Assembly (NCBI GenBank): GCA_048887225.1 | Contig: JBHLJY010000009.1 | Location: forward strand, 27,205 to 91,204 | Source of the DNA: Candidatus Hodarchaeota archaeon | GTDB lineage: Archaea; Asgardarchaeota; Lokiarchaeia; Sigyniarchaeales; SOKP01 | DNA: 64,000 nt | Reading direction: 5' to 3' | Shown here: positions 9,235 to 19,838 of the stretch, in pieces | Position numbering within the stretch: position 1 is the stretch's first letter | Layout: each line of letters opens with the position of its first letter | Notes under the pieces: model-generated | Seen by the model: only the letters and a program-made list of their open reading frames with translations | Told to the model about the DNA's origin: nothing | Databases searched by the model: none | Program-made: the position numbers and the translations under genes

Positions 9235-9600
9235 ATGGAACCCTTTGATGAAAAAAGATTTAATATGTCAACATTGATTAAAATTCAATTTAAACCTGAA
9301 TATGCTAATATGTTTAAAAAAGTTAGGGATATAAGGGCTCCTATTAAAAATGAGATAGTTATGGCTCTCCTTGACGGTAAATGGCATTCTGAAAGAGAAT
9401 TAATAACTTTCGCTAAAAAAAAATATAATTTTATTGGCCCTCTTACGTTGGATAGTATGGTTAATTCTTTAAATACAAACATAAATAATAATTTTTTAGA
9501 AAAGCGAATAGACAACGAAAGGACTTTTTATAAACTTTCTGATAATTATATCGGATTAACGAGGGCAGCATATACAAAATTTAGGTACATTATTAAGTAG
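9235..9600 (+). CDS. winged-helix-like protein, paralog 2
   Basis: MALLDGKWHSERELITFAKK...FYKLSDNYIGLTRAAY; tandem duplicate. Confidence 0.65.
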   Translation: MEPFDEKRFNMSTLIKIQFKPEYANMFKKVRDIRAPIKNEIVMALLDGKWHSERELITFAKKKYNFIGPLTLDSMVNSLNTNINNNFLEKRIDNERTFYKLSDNYIGLTRAAYTKFRYIIK

Positions 9601-9605
9601 TTATC

Positions 9606-11780
9606 TTATTTTTCAACGCATTCATCCTTCACTATTTTATAATCAACACAGTTAGAACAAAATCCTTTACCGTCAATTTTTTCTTTTAATCCATCAGTCC
9701 AGCATTTGGGACATAAATGATATATATATGTCTTATTAACTTTTCGTGTAATAATTTTGAATACATTAAATCCACAATTAGAACAAAAAGATGTTAATAT
9801 GTTTATTTTACCTGTTTTTGGAACTGAGAGATATGATTTATTATTTTTAATACAATCATCGTTCATACAAGCAAGAAATCTTTTTTTTTTATATGGAGCA
9901 ACCAATTTCATTGGATGGGTTTTACAATAAGGACACATAGATGAGGTCTGAGGATAGGGTATCAAATCCTTGCGAGCCTCCTTTTCAAAATCAATTACTT
10001 TTGAATTTAACTTTTCCTTATTTTCTAAAAGTTTATCAAATAAATCTAAAAATAAATTTTTGACTTCGTTGATTACCTCATCCATATTTTTCCTCTGTTC
10101 TTTTATATCTTCAAGTTTTTCTTCAATTAATCCTGTGAAATTTGGTTCTAAGAAGGGTAACCAAATGTCTTTCAAATTTCCAATTAAAAATTCTCCTAAA
10201 TCACTGATAAAAAATTGACGATTACGGCGATAAAGTAATTTACGATCTTGCAAAATCTGAATAATGACAGGACGAGTTGCTTTTGTTCCTAAATTATTTC
10301 TTTCCATTAATTTTAATAAGGCAGTATCTGTATATCTTGGTGGAGGTTTAGTCTTTTTGCTATTATACATAATTTTTTCAATGGGAAGGGAATTACCTGT
10401 AATAATTATATCCGAATCATATTTAATTTTGAGAAATGGAGCAATTTTTAGAAAACCTTCAGAAAATAATGATACAAATTGTGCTGTAAATGGTTCCTCT
10501 TTTATTTCAATTTCTAATTTTGTATTTGATTCCGTTGCTTCTCTACCAAAAAGAGCGAGATAATGCCTTGCTAAAAGATCATACACTTTTCTTTGATAAT
10601 CATTTTCAAATCGAGAATTTTTAAGTTCTAAACTTTCTAATGGAGTTATAGGAGGATGATCTCCAGCATCTTTTTTTCCTTTTGTTGGTGTTATTCGATT
10701 TTCTTTCAATAAATTATTAACATACATTCCATAGAGAGAATGTGAGGGAAATTTTTTTAAATATTGAAGATGGTCAAAATCCGGTTTGTATGCGTCGCTA
10801 TCCGTTCTCGGATATGATATTATTTTATTTAAATACAATTCATTCATAGTATTAAGCGCTTGATTGGCACTAATTCTAAGATTTTTAGTTAATAATATCA
10901 GCGCTTTAGATGTGTTTAGTGGAGTAGGCGGCTTTCTAGCTTTTTTCTTTTTTATATTATTAACAATTATCGCAATTTTTTCGTCTTTGATTTTTTGATA
11001 GATATTATTTGCTTTTCTCTCATCTTCTTTTTTAAAAGGATTCAAACGATGATTAGCCTTAATTGTAAGACTATCATTGATTAAAATTGCGTCAATTGTA
11101 AAGAATGGTTCAGGAATAAAATCTTTAATACTCTGTTCGTTTAAATAGATTAAATATAATAAAGAAGTTTGAACTCGTCCAATTGAAGTAAATTGAATAT
11201 TAAATTTTTTTAAAAGTGGTCTTAGAGCGTTAGTGATTTCTCTTGTTGCGGAAAATCCAATAATCGCATCGATTATCGCCCTTGCTTCACCTGATTCACC
11301 CCAACTAAATTTTGGAGCTATTAGATCATTCATTTTGTGTAAAATTTCTTTTTTTTGGAGTGAACTAAGCCATAACTGTGATAATTTAATATTGGGTTTT
11401 ACTTTCTTAACAAATGGAAGCGCATCAAATAAGCCGATATTACATCCCTCTATATCTGCATCTGTTCCGATTATACAGTTATCACACATATTAGAGACCT
11501 CTTTTAGCACATTAATATAAGGCCCTGCGTAATCTATCGGAACCTTCCCTATAGCACGAGGATTCGTTATAATCTCACGAGGGATTGATTTAGTCCAGCT
11601 CTTAAATTCATCGGTATTTTTATATCCAAGTATATGACCTCTCAATGGAATAACATAAATATCTTTAGAAGGAACATGATATATATTTACTTTTGATTTT
11701 TTTATAGTTTGAACTGTTCCAAGTGCCTCTGCGATTGCGGAAGCTGCTTTATTCTTTTCAGCTATTATTAATGTTGACAT
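9606..11780 (-). CDS. topA: type IA DNA topoisomerase (TopA/Topo III-like) with C-terminal Zn ribbons
   Basis: LIIAEK, GH and TDADIEG Toprim motifs; SIGRVQT; catalytic ISYPRTDS; DHPPITP; LGTKATR; CxxC repeats. Confidence 0.93.
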   Translation of the reverse strand: MSTLIIAEKNKAASAIAEALGTVQTIKKSKVNIYHVPSKDIYVIPLRGHILGYKNTDEFKSWTKSIPREIITNPRAIGKVPIDYAGPYINVLKEVSNMCDNCIIGTDADIEGCNIGLFDALPFVKKVKPNIKLSQLWLSSLQKKEILHKMNDLIAPKFSWGESGEARAIIDAIIGFSATREITNALRPLLKKFNIQFTSIGRVQTSLLYLIYLNEQSIKDFIPEPFFTIDAILINDSLTIKANHRLNPFKKEDERKANNIYQKIKDEKIAIIVNNIKKKKARKPPTPLNTSKALILLTKNLRISANQALNTMNELYLNKIISYPRTDSDAYKPDFDHLQYLKKFPSHSLYGMYVNNLLKENRITPTKGKKDAGDHPPITPLESLELKNSRFENDYQRKVYDLLARHYLALFGREATESNTKLEIEIKEEPFTAQFVSLFSEGFLKIAPFLKIKYDSDIIITGNSLPIEKIMYNSKKTKPPPRYTDTALLKLMERNNLGTKATRPVIIQILQDRKLLYRRNRQFFISDLGEFLIGNLKDIWLPFLEPNFTGLIEEKLEDIKEQRKNMDEVINEVKNLFLDLFDKLLENKEKLNSKVIDFEKEARKDLIPYPQTSSMCPYCKTHPMKLVAPYKKKRFLACMNDDCIKNNKSYLSVPKTGKINILTSFCSNCGFNVFKIITRKVNKTYIYHLCPKCWTDGLKEKIDGKGFCSNCVDYKIVKDECVEK

Positions 11781-11928
11781 TTATTAATTTTTAATTAAGG
11801 GATTTTTACTTTTTATTTTAATAATCAATCATTTAATATATAAATTAAGAACTAAGAGATGGCTAATTTATAATTAAATTATAATAAGCTAAATTTTAAT
11901 GTTTTTAAAAAGTTTTAAAAAATATAAT

Positions 11929-13881
11929 TTATGTAGGAATTGTAAAGTGAATCGTCATACCTTTATTTAAGCCTTCTGAAGTCGCCCATATTTGACCTCC
12001 ATGAGCTTCTACAAATCCTTTAGATATGTATAATCCGAGTCCACTTCCCGTTTGAAAACTTTCATCATCATTCTTAACTCTTTCAAATTTTTTAAATATA
12101 CGGTCAAGATCTTCTTCAGGTAAGCCAATACCATTATCCTTAACCTCAAATAAGTAATGCATTACATCTTTTTTGGCAGAGATTTCAATCTTTCCACCTT
12201 TAGGAGTAAATTTAGTGGAATTGGATATTAAATTGGAAAATACTTGAAAAATTCGATTAGGATCAATGTTTATGAATATCTCATTATCTATATTCAAAAC
12301 CATTTCGTGATCTTTTTCTTTAAAAAGATAATTTAATTCATGTAAACACCTATAGATGATATTACTAACATTGGTTAATTCCAAATTTAACTTTATTTTA
12401 TGGGATTCGATTTTCATAACATCTAATAGTTGATTCATTAAAGTCTGTAAACGATCAATGTTTCTTTGAACGATCAATAAATCATTTTTAACATCAACAC
12501 TCAATTCGTCTATATATTTAGTTAAAATATAGTCTGTATACCCAGCAACAGAAATTAGAGGTGTTTTTAATTCGTGAGCCGCCATCGTAATAAAATCATC
12601 CTTCGCTTGATCTAATTTCTTTAATTCAATATTTTTTTCTTCTAACTCTTTAGTCCTGTCCCTAACTTTTTCTTCTAATTCTATATTTAAATTTCTTAAT
12701 TCTTCTTCAGATTGTTTTATTCTTAATTCTGCTTCTTTTCTTTCTGAAATATCATATGTTGTGCCGTAAAAACCAATTTTTTTGCCATTAGAATCGCGTT
12801 TTAAATAGATTGAGGCCTCAAATATGTGCCGTACTCCATCAGGTCTTACTGTTTCAAGTTCAATAATACCTTTTGGAAGATTTTTTCTATAAATTTCATT
12901 ATAAGTTTTAAATATTCTTTTTCCTGTTTCCTCATCAAAAAAATTTCTATAGTTTTTTCCAATAAATTCATCTTTTGAATATCCGAAATAATTAGCATGG
13001 AATTTATTTACGAAGGTATAATTTCCTTTAAGATCTACCTCATAATACCCTTGTTCAAGTTTATCAAGAATTCCTCGATGCTTTTCTTCAGATTCTTTAA
13101 GTTTTTGCTCGGCTTCTTTTTTGTCCGTCACATCTCTTACTAAAATAATGAATCCTATTACAGTTCCATCCTCATCATAGTAATTTTTCGCCGAACATGA
13201 AAACCAAATATAATGCCCATCATGATGTAGCGCTCGAAATTCAAAATCTCCAAAAGCACCAACGTCCCTATTTTTAATAGCATAAGACAAAATATCTTTT
13301 AAGTAGTCTATATCATCTGGATTAACATCGGTCAATAATTGAGTTTCAACATTATATTCTTTCCCTACCATTTTGGATAATTGAGGAGAAATATATTTAA
13401 ATTTTGCGTCAAGTCCTATTATAACAATTGCATCTTTAGAATTTTCAATAATATTTCTATATTTTTGCTCGGATTCTTTTAATTTTTGCTCCAAAACGAA
13501 TTTTTCAGTAACATCAAATACTGTACCTTCAACTTCAAGTCTATTTTTTTCCTTATTTTTATATATATGTGAATGCGCTTGTAAAAAAATTGTCTCGCCA
13601 TTTTTGTTTCTAGCACTGTGGATGAAACTCCTTAGTCTTCCCTTTTTAGTCATTTCTTTTTGGAATTTATTGTATTCTTTAATGCTTCCGAAGAAATCTT
13701 TCGCTGATAAGCCTACTAAACTTTCATCAAGTTCGAAACCTAATATTTTATTCACTGCTGGATTATGTTCTAATATTATTCCATTTATATCAGTCTTGAA
13801 ATAACCAAGATCTAAATGTTTTATTATTTGACGATATTTTTCCTCTGATCCCTTAATTTTTTGTTCTGTCATTATTTTCAC
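11929..13881 (-). CDS. PAS-domain sensor histidine kinase
   Basis: Three PAS/PAC repeats; H-box AAHELKTPL; N-box NLISNSTKF; DNGIG; GSGLGL. Confidence 0.93.
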   Translation of the reverse strand: MKIMTEQKIKGSEEKYRQIIKHLDLGYFKTDINGIILEHNPAVNKILGFELDESLVGLSAKDFFGSIKEYNKFQKEMTKKGRLRSFIHSARNKNGETIFLQAHSHIYKNKEKNRLEVEGTVFDVTEKFVLEQKLKESEQKYRNIIENSKDAIVIIGLDAKFKYISPQLSKMVGKEYNVETQLLTDVNPDDIDYLKDILSYAIKNRDVGAFGDFEFRALHHDGHYIWFSCSAKNYYDEDGTVIGFIILVRDVTDKKEAEQKLKESEEKHRGILDKLEQGYYEVDLKGNYTFVNKFHANYFGYSKDEFIGKNYRNFFDEETGKRIFKTYNEIYRKNLPKGIIELETVRPDGVRHIFEASIYLKRDSNGKKIGFYGTTYDISERKEAELRIKQSEEELRNLNIELEEKVRDRTKELEEKNIELKKLDQAKDDFITMAAHELKTPLISVAGYTDYILTKYIDELSVDVKNDLLIVQRNIDRLQTLMNQLLDVMKIESHKIKLNLELTNVSNIIYRCLHELNYLFKEKDHEMVLNIDNEIFINIDPNRIFQVFSNLISNSTKFTPKGGKIEISAKKDVMHYLFEVKDNGIGLPEEDLDRIFKKFERVKNDDESFQTGSGLGLYISKGFVEAHGGQIWATSEGLNKGMTIHFTIPT

Positions 13882-14120
13882 TTAATTAAAATTTTTTAAA
13901 TTTATTTTATCATTATTAGAAAACTGCAGAATTAATTTTAAAATTGAGCGATATTCAAAAATTAATATTTGATTCAACTAATTTCATCATATCATTAAAA
14001 ATAAAAAAATCTATGTATAGACGATATTACTGAAAAAGAAATAATAATATTAAAAAAAAAGAAGATTTTAAAAAAACCTAAAAAAAATAAATGATTTTTA
14101 TTGGTTATTCCATAATAGGA

Positions 14121-14549
14121 TTATTGCTCATCAAGCTCTTGTAAAGTCTCTGCTACAAATTGCAAATATTCGCCGTATGCCATTGTATCTTGAAGATTTC
14201 CTTCAATTTTAAGGTCACCAGACATATAAGCGCTGGTACCATCAATTTCACCTGACATGAGGCCACTCATTGTATCCCAATTTGCTGACATTGTGAATGA
14301 TGGGTCTGCACCTTCACCCTCACCATAATCAAAGACACCATCTCCAATTTTAGCCCACCATTTAAAATCTTTGTCATCTATTACCATTTGCCCAACAAAT
14401 TGATCAATATCTTCTAATTCTTCCTTTAAATCATCAATTTCAGCAGATGCCTGCTTCATGAGCTCAAAAATTTTCAACAGGTCCTTAGGCTCACCCAATC
14501 CTTCATCTCGCAATTTTCTTACTTCATTGGCTAATGCTTCATCAACCAT
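14121..14549 (-). CDS. SCP2 sterol/lipid-binding domain protein
   Basis: ADPSFTMS, GEIDGTSAYMSGDLKIEGN SCP2 signature. Confidence 0.85.
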   Translation of the reverse strand: MVDEALANEVRKLRDEGLGEPKDLLKIFELMKQASAEIDDLKEELEDIDQFVGQMVIDDKDFKWWAKIGDGVFDYGEGEGADPSFTMSANWDTMSGLMSGEIDGTSAYMSGDLKIEGNLQDTMAYGEYLQFVAETLQELDEQ

Positions 14550-14724
14550 AAAATTTCAACTTTTTTTCTCTTATCTTTATTTTTTTAATCATTTGAATTA
14601 AATGATAATTAAAAATAACATTTTAGAATATTAAAAGGTTTTATTTTATTTGAAAAGTTAATTCAAATGATTATTTTAATATATTCAGAGTCAAGTTAAT
14701 CATAAAGAAAAAAAGGTAATTTAT

Positions 14725-15945
14725 TTGGAAGATATAGAAAAAAAGATTTTAAATAAAATTGACAATATGAAGGATGAGATTGTAAAGTTTCACCAACAAA
14801 TTGTACAGATTCCTTCCGAGAATCCTCCAAGAAAATATAAGGAGATTTCTAAATTTACAGAGAAAGCGTTTAAAGAATTAGGATTAAAAACTCAAGTTAA
14901 AAGAGATAATGTGATAGGGGAAATAGGAAATGGAGACGATAAATCTCTAATATTATACGGTCATCTCGATACGATTGAGGCTTTTAAGGGATGGTCAAAC
15001 GATCCATTTGGAGGTAAAATAATTAATGGAAAAATCTATGGTCGTGGTTCATCTGATGATAAATCCAGTGTAACAGCAGAGATCTTTGCTACTAAAGCAT
15101 TACTTGAAGCAGGCGTTAAACTTAATGGAGAATTAATCCTTACTGCTGTTATTGATGAGGAAACTGGTGGATTAAGAGGGGCTGATTTTTTATTAAGTAA
15201 GGGAATTCTAAAAGGGGACGCATGCTTATTAGGTGATGCACCATGTAATTATCCTTTTGGATATTGTGGTGGGGCAATGTATATAACATTTATAACTTAT
15301 GGAAAACAAGCTCATGGATTGGGATTTCCAGACTTGCCAGCTCCTTATCGTAGTAACTATTCAGGAATAAATGCCATCGAAAAAATGATTAAAATTATAA
15401 ACTTCTTATTGAAATTAAAGGAGACTTTTTTGAGAAAAGAGACTAAATATGCTCTACCAAAAGGCTGGAATGCTAAGGTTAGTAGTGTAAATTTAGCGGT
15501 AATTGATGGAGGTACGAAAATAACTACAGTTCCCAATAGTTGTTTATTACATTGTAGTATTAATACAATTCCCGAACAGGATATTGAAAGTATTAAAACA
15601 AGAATTTTGAATTATGTGGAAGATTTGAAAAAACAAGACCCAGATTTAGATATTACAGTCCAAATTCCTATTTCATTTGAACCACAAATTATTGATGAGA
15701 ATTCCGATTTTGCCCTAGCTGTAAAAAAATCAACAGAAGTGGTATTTAATGAAGAGAGAGAATTTAAATTATTTTTGCCCTCAACAGATGCTCATTGGTT
15801 TCAGGAAAGAGGAATTGAAACTATTTTAATAGGCGCTTCTCGACAGGATAATAACGTTCATGCTGAAAATGAATTTGTATATATTGAAGATTTAATAAAC
15901 ACAACTAAAATATTTGCCCTTACAGCGCTAAATTATCTAAAATAA
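14725..15945 (+). CDS. M20 family metallopeptidase (ArgE/DapE-like)
   Basis: GHLDT, GRGSSDDK, DEETGG, STDA, VHAENE. Confidence 0.9.
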   Translation: MEDIEKKILNKIDNMKDEIVKFHQQIVQIPSENPPRKYKEISKFTEKAFKELGLKTQVKRDNVIGEIGNGDDKSLILYGHLDTIEAFKGWSNDPFGGKIINGKIYGRGSSDDKSSVTAEIFATKALLEAGVKLNGELILTAVIDEETGGLRGADFLLSKGILKGDACLLGDAPCNYPFGYCGGAMYITFITYGKQAHGLGFPDLPAPYRSNYSGINAIEKMIKIINFLLKLKETFLRKETKYALPKGWNAKVSSVNLAVIDGGTKITTVPNSCLLHCSINTIPEQDIESIKTRILNYVEDLKKQDPDLDITVQIPISFEPQIIDENSDFALAVKKSTEVVFNEEREFKLFLPSTDAHWFQERGIETILIGASRQDNNVHAENEFVYIEDLINTTKIFALTALNYLK

Positions 15946-15972
15946 ACTAATCTCTTAATTTTATATTCTAAA

Positions 15973-16587
15973 ATGGAAAATGTAGAACCTTCATTTGAGA
16001 TTGATGATAAAGGTCGAGTAATTTGTAAGAAACATTCAAAATACGAATATTTCATTGAACCTAAAGACCATTTTCAAGAGTTGTATTTAGATTTTGAATT
16101 AACTTGTAAGACATGTTCTTATTATAAAAATGACAACTGTTATTTTTCCAGATCAAGAATAGACGATATTGAATATAAAAGGCAAAAGAAAAAAAAATTG
16201 TTTTTATGTAAATTATGCGGCAGAAAAATTGATCGAATGTTAACAGTCATCCATAAAATATTTTATAAAGAAATTTACGATGTAGATTTACCTTTAATTT
16301 GCTGCGATTGCTATGAAAAAATAAATAATAATGAGTTTCTATCATATAGTAAGAAGATGACAGAGTTTTACATTCTTAATATAATCCTCTCAATATATTT
16401 TATCTGTTTATTTGCTTTTTTCTTATCAATATTAGAAGTTCAACCCATATTATATTACACATTAATTGTACCATTATTTTCATTTGTAAGTTTCATTTTC
16501 ATTTTTATAATTGTTAAATGTATAAAGAAATTGCGATATTTCATTTTTGGAATAAAATATTTCAAGAAGCATTTTAATTTCAAATGA
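15973..16587 (+). CDS. Cys-rich (Zn-binding) membrane protein, 2 C-terminal TM
   Basis: CKKH, CKTC..C, CKLC, CCDC, then two hydrophobic helices. Confidence 0.6.
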   Translation: MENVEPSFEIDDKGRVICKKHSKYEYFIEPKDHFQELYLDFELTCKTCSYYKNDNCYFSRSRIDDIEYKRQKKKKLFLCKLCGRKIDRMLTVIHKIFYKEIYDVDLPLICCDCYEKINNNEFLSYSKKMTEFYILNIILSIYFICLFAFFLSILEVQPILYYTLIVPLFSFVSFIFIFIIVKCIKKLRYFIFGIKYFKKHFNFK

Positions 16588-16600
16588 AAAACTTATATAT

Positions 16601-17710
16601 CTAACCTAGAGTACCAGCCCAACCTCTTACAAGTTTGCGCATTTTTTCTTGTCTAGAGATTATTTCTCCTAATTGCTTTTTGGATTTATTGGTCAAGTTG
16701 ACAATTTCAGGTACGAAATTATAATGAATTAAATAATCTTTGCACTGTTTTGAAATTAATCCATTTGAAATTTTTTGAGGATTATTTTTAAAATTGGAGT
16801 ATTCCGCTTCCCAACTTTCTAAAAAATGTTCAATATCGCTCTTTGATTCGAAAACAGGTAAAACACCTAGGTTATTTGGTGTAGTTACTGCTACATTAGC
16901 GCGTTCAGCACTAAATCTATTTCCGTTGAATGAAACCGCAATCCCTCCCTCATCATTTAATCTTTGAAGCATATTAATATCTGTAATCGAATCACCTAAA
17001 GCAATCATATCTGATATAGGTACATTTGTTCTTTTTGTTATATCCTCTATTGCTAATTCTTTTCTTTTACCTCCTCTTACCCTTACATGATTCATTACTT
17101 TAATATAATCAGTTTCTCCTCCTTTCCAAAAGAAATTATTTAGATCCTCTATAACTACTTCTAGCTTTTTTTTATTATTAAGATATTTTTTAAAAATTTT
17201 TTTTACTAGGATATTTACTGAATCTTCTATATTTGATACACCTGCTTTTAATTGTTCAATGTCTAAATCAGTACAGTATACGTGATCTTGAGGTATATTT
17301 AAAGAACCTGTAACTACATGAGCAAAATGTGTGTAACTAGTTGAAATGACATAAATATCCCAATTCTTTTTTAATTTTACCATCAAATCTTTACTGCCTG
17401 GGAGAAAACCGAGATTATTTTTAGCTATATTAATTAATTCTTTATCAGAAAAACAAGCAACATATAACGGGGCCATAATTCTTAGAGTGTCCCCAGGTTG
17501 ATATTCTGGTATATTTAATGTGTCTTTAACACCAGGAGTATCGATTAAATAATCATCATAATTTGAAATCATAATAAAAAATTCGCCCATATTATAATTT
17601 TGGAGATGCAATTCAGGCTTTTCATTTAACAATCGCCCAATCTCGGCTGCAAAATCTATGACTGATATTGGTCCTTCTAAATCCCAACAACAAACATTTT
17701 TTTTGCTCAT
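16601..17710 (-). CDS. HAD-superfamily protein (EhaR/COG4030-like)
   Basis: WDLEGP, NYDDYL, YQPGDTL, ISTSY, GDSITD, SFNGN. Confidence 0.75.
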   Translation of the reverse strand: MSKKNVCCWDLEGPISVIDFAAEIGRLLNEKPELHLQNYNMGEFFIMISNYDDYLIDTPGVKDTLNIPEYQPGDTLRIMAPLYVACFSDKELINIAKNNLGFLPGSKDLMVKLKKNWDIYVISTSYTHFAHVVTGSLNIPQDHVYCTDLDIEQLKAGVSNIEDSVNILVKKIFKKYLNNKKKLEVVIEDLNNFFWKGGETDYIKVMNHVRVRGGKRKELAIEDITKRTNVPISDMIALGDSITDINMLQRLNDEGGIAVSFNGNRFSAERANVAVTTPNNLGVLPVFESKSDIEHFLESWEAEYSNFKNNPQKISNGLISKQCKDYLIHYNFVPEIVNLTNKSKKQLGEIISRQEKMRKLVRGWAGTLG

Positions 17711-17779
17711 AAAATTAAAAGGGAAAAGAAATCTTAATTAATTTACTTATTAAGAGTTTATTACAGGTTAACGTATAGA

Positions 17780-18265
17780 TTAACTTTTAAAGATCTCTTC
17801 GATTGTTTTTTCTTTTCTTTCTTTATCAATAATATAGCGCCAATTTGGTTCTATAGCATCAAAAGCTTCTTCCGCTAATTTTTTCACTTCTTCATCATCA
17901 CTGCTAAGAAATTGCCCTATATATGATAATGCCCTCCTATCTTTTATTCTTATTAGAGACTCTATAATGTAAATTATTCGATATTTATCAAGGCTTCCTT
18001 GTTTTTTATCTTCTTCAAGTTTCTCAATAATCCGCATTGTCGCTCTGCCATCTCCAATTCTGCCCATTGCCTCAATTATCCGATTTTGTACCATCTTATC
18101 TTTTTCAGATCTTAGCGCACGACAAAGTAAATTGACCGCTCTTCCATCCTTCATTAAACCTAGTTCACGCGCAGCATCTGATCTTTTTTGCCAATCTTCA
18201 CTATGAAATAATTGTTTTATTAATGCATTGAATTCTCTGTTCTTTTCATGCCAAGATTCGGACAT
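17780..18265 (-). CDS. HEAT (PBS-lyase-like) repeat protein
   Basis: RSDAARELG..DGRAV, IIEAMGRIGDGRA and IKDRRAL repeats. Confidence 0.8.
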   Translation of the reverse strand: MSESWHEKNREFNALIKQLFHSEDWQKRSDAARELGLMKDGRAVNLLCRALRSEKDKMVQNRIIEAMGRIGDGRATMRIIEKLEEDKKQGSLDKYRIIYIIESLIRIKDRRALSYIGQFLSSDDEEVKKLAEEAFDAIEPNWRYIIDKERKEKTIEEIFKS

Positions 18266-18356
18266 AATTCAAGCTAAATATAGGTTTAATCTATTATAAA
18301 TTAAGGAATATAAAATATAAAATCTATTAGATAAAAAGAGAAAAATACTTTTATTC

Positions 18357-19679
18357 TTATTTATTAAAAATCGAATTCATGTGATCTATTCTTTTTTGTA
18401 GTAATTTTAAAGTACCTATATCCTTTCTATGAAATAATTTGCCTTCGATGCATCCAACTCCTGATTCTGCTATTCGTTCCGCATCTTCTAAAGAACTAGC
18501 AATTCCTAATACACCCATAGCTCTTGAGGTTGTAGTATACACATTTTCACCTTCTCGGTAAACAGAAGCATAGTAGTATTTAGCTCCCGTTTTTTTTAAT
18601 TTCTCTCTGTTTATCTTTACTAATTCGTCCTTTTTCGGCGATATTGGATATCCCTCTGGTGCGAGGTATTTACAAACTGTAGCCTTTTTTTCGTATTCTA
18701 CTTCGATATTTAGATTGCTATTAATAATAGCCCAACATATTTCAACAAAATTAGTTTTTAAAAGTGGAAGGACGTTCATGGCTTCAGGATCGCCCATTCG
18801 AGCGTTAAATTCAATTAACTTTATACCATTAGTAGTTTTCATATATTGCCCATATAGAAATCCTTTATATTCAACGCCTGTTTCAGATTTTACCGCAGCA
18901 ACAACTTTTTCCATGTCTTTAATCGCTTCATCAACATCTTTTTCATCAATAAAGGGTAATACGTGATCCTCCATAGAATAAGATCCCATTCCACCAGTAT
19001 TTGGTCCTTCGTCATTTTCATAAGCTCTTTTATGATCTTGGACTAATGGTGAGCCGATTACCTTCTTTCCATCTACAAATGTTTGTAAGGTAAATTCCTC
19101 ACCATTACATCTTTCTTCTAGTAAAAATCTATCTTTTTTTCTCACAAGCTCTTGGCAATAATCTATAATATCTTTCTTTGAAAACAGATGATCACCGTAA
19201 ACTTTTACCCCTTTTCCACCCGTTAATCCCTCAGGTTTTACGACTATATTTTCTTCTCCCATATCTTTAATATAACTTTCTACCCCGTCCATTGAATCAA
19301 ACCTTTTGCTTTTTACATTTGAGGGGATCTTATATTTTTCAAGTAAATTTCTTGTAAATATTTTAGATCCTTCTAATTGGGCCGCCTCTATTTTTGGACC
19401 AATACAAGGTATATTACTTTTTTCTAGAGCATCTACAATTCCTACGCATAAAGGTGCTTCTGGGCCGATAACTGTAAAGTCAATTTTTTTAGCTTTAGCA
19501 AATTCGATTATTTCTTTAAAATCAGTTTCAGAATGAATTTTTATTTTCCCTTCGCTTAAATCTTCTAATCCTGCATTCTTAAAACTCATAAAAGCAAATA
19601 AATTAGCGCCACTCTGAACTAGAGATTCTCCAATTACGTGTTCTCTTGCTCCATGACCAACAATTAAGCAATTTACCAT
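18357..19679 (-). CDS. purD: phosphoribosylamine--glycine ligase
   Basis: GHGAREH, GPEAPL, LEGSK, GKGV, QDHKRAYENDEGPNTGGMG, EFNARMGDPE. Confidence 0.96.
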   Translation of the reverse strand: MVNCLIVGHGAREHVIGESLVQSGANLFAFMSFKNAGLEDLSEGKIKIHSETDFKEIIEFAKAKKIDFTVIGPEAPLCVGIVDALEKSNIPCIGPKIEAAQLEGSKIFTRNLLEKYKIPSNVKSKRFDSMDGVESYIKDMGEENIVVKPEGLTGGKGVKVYGDHLFSKKDIIDYCQELVRKKDRFLLEERCNGEEFTLQTFVDGKKVIGSPLVQDHKRAYENDEGPNTGGMGSYSMEDHVLPFIDEKDVDEAIKDMEKVVAAVKSETGVEYKGFLYGQYMKTTNGIKLIEFNARMGDPEAMNVLPLLKTNFVEICWAIINSNLNIEVEYEKKATVCKYLAPEGYPISPKKDELVKINREKLKKTGAKYYYASVYREGENVYTTTSRAMGVLGIASSLEDAERIAESGVGCIEGKLFHRKDIGTLKLLQKRIDHMNSIFNK

Positions 19680-19838
19680 AAATTATCAACTTTGAAAAAT
19701 TATAAATCTCAAATCTTCTAATTTAACTATTTTATTAAATAATTAAACACTAATTATTAACCAAGTAATTAATAGGAGGGTAAAGTCTTAGATTTAATCA
19801 TTTTATTTAAGATAAGAATTCCGAAATCTTACATATTT

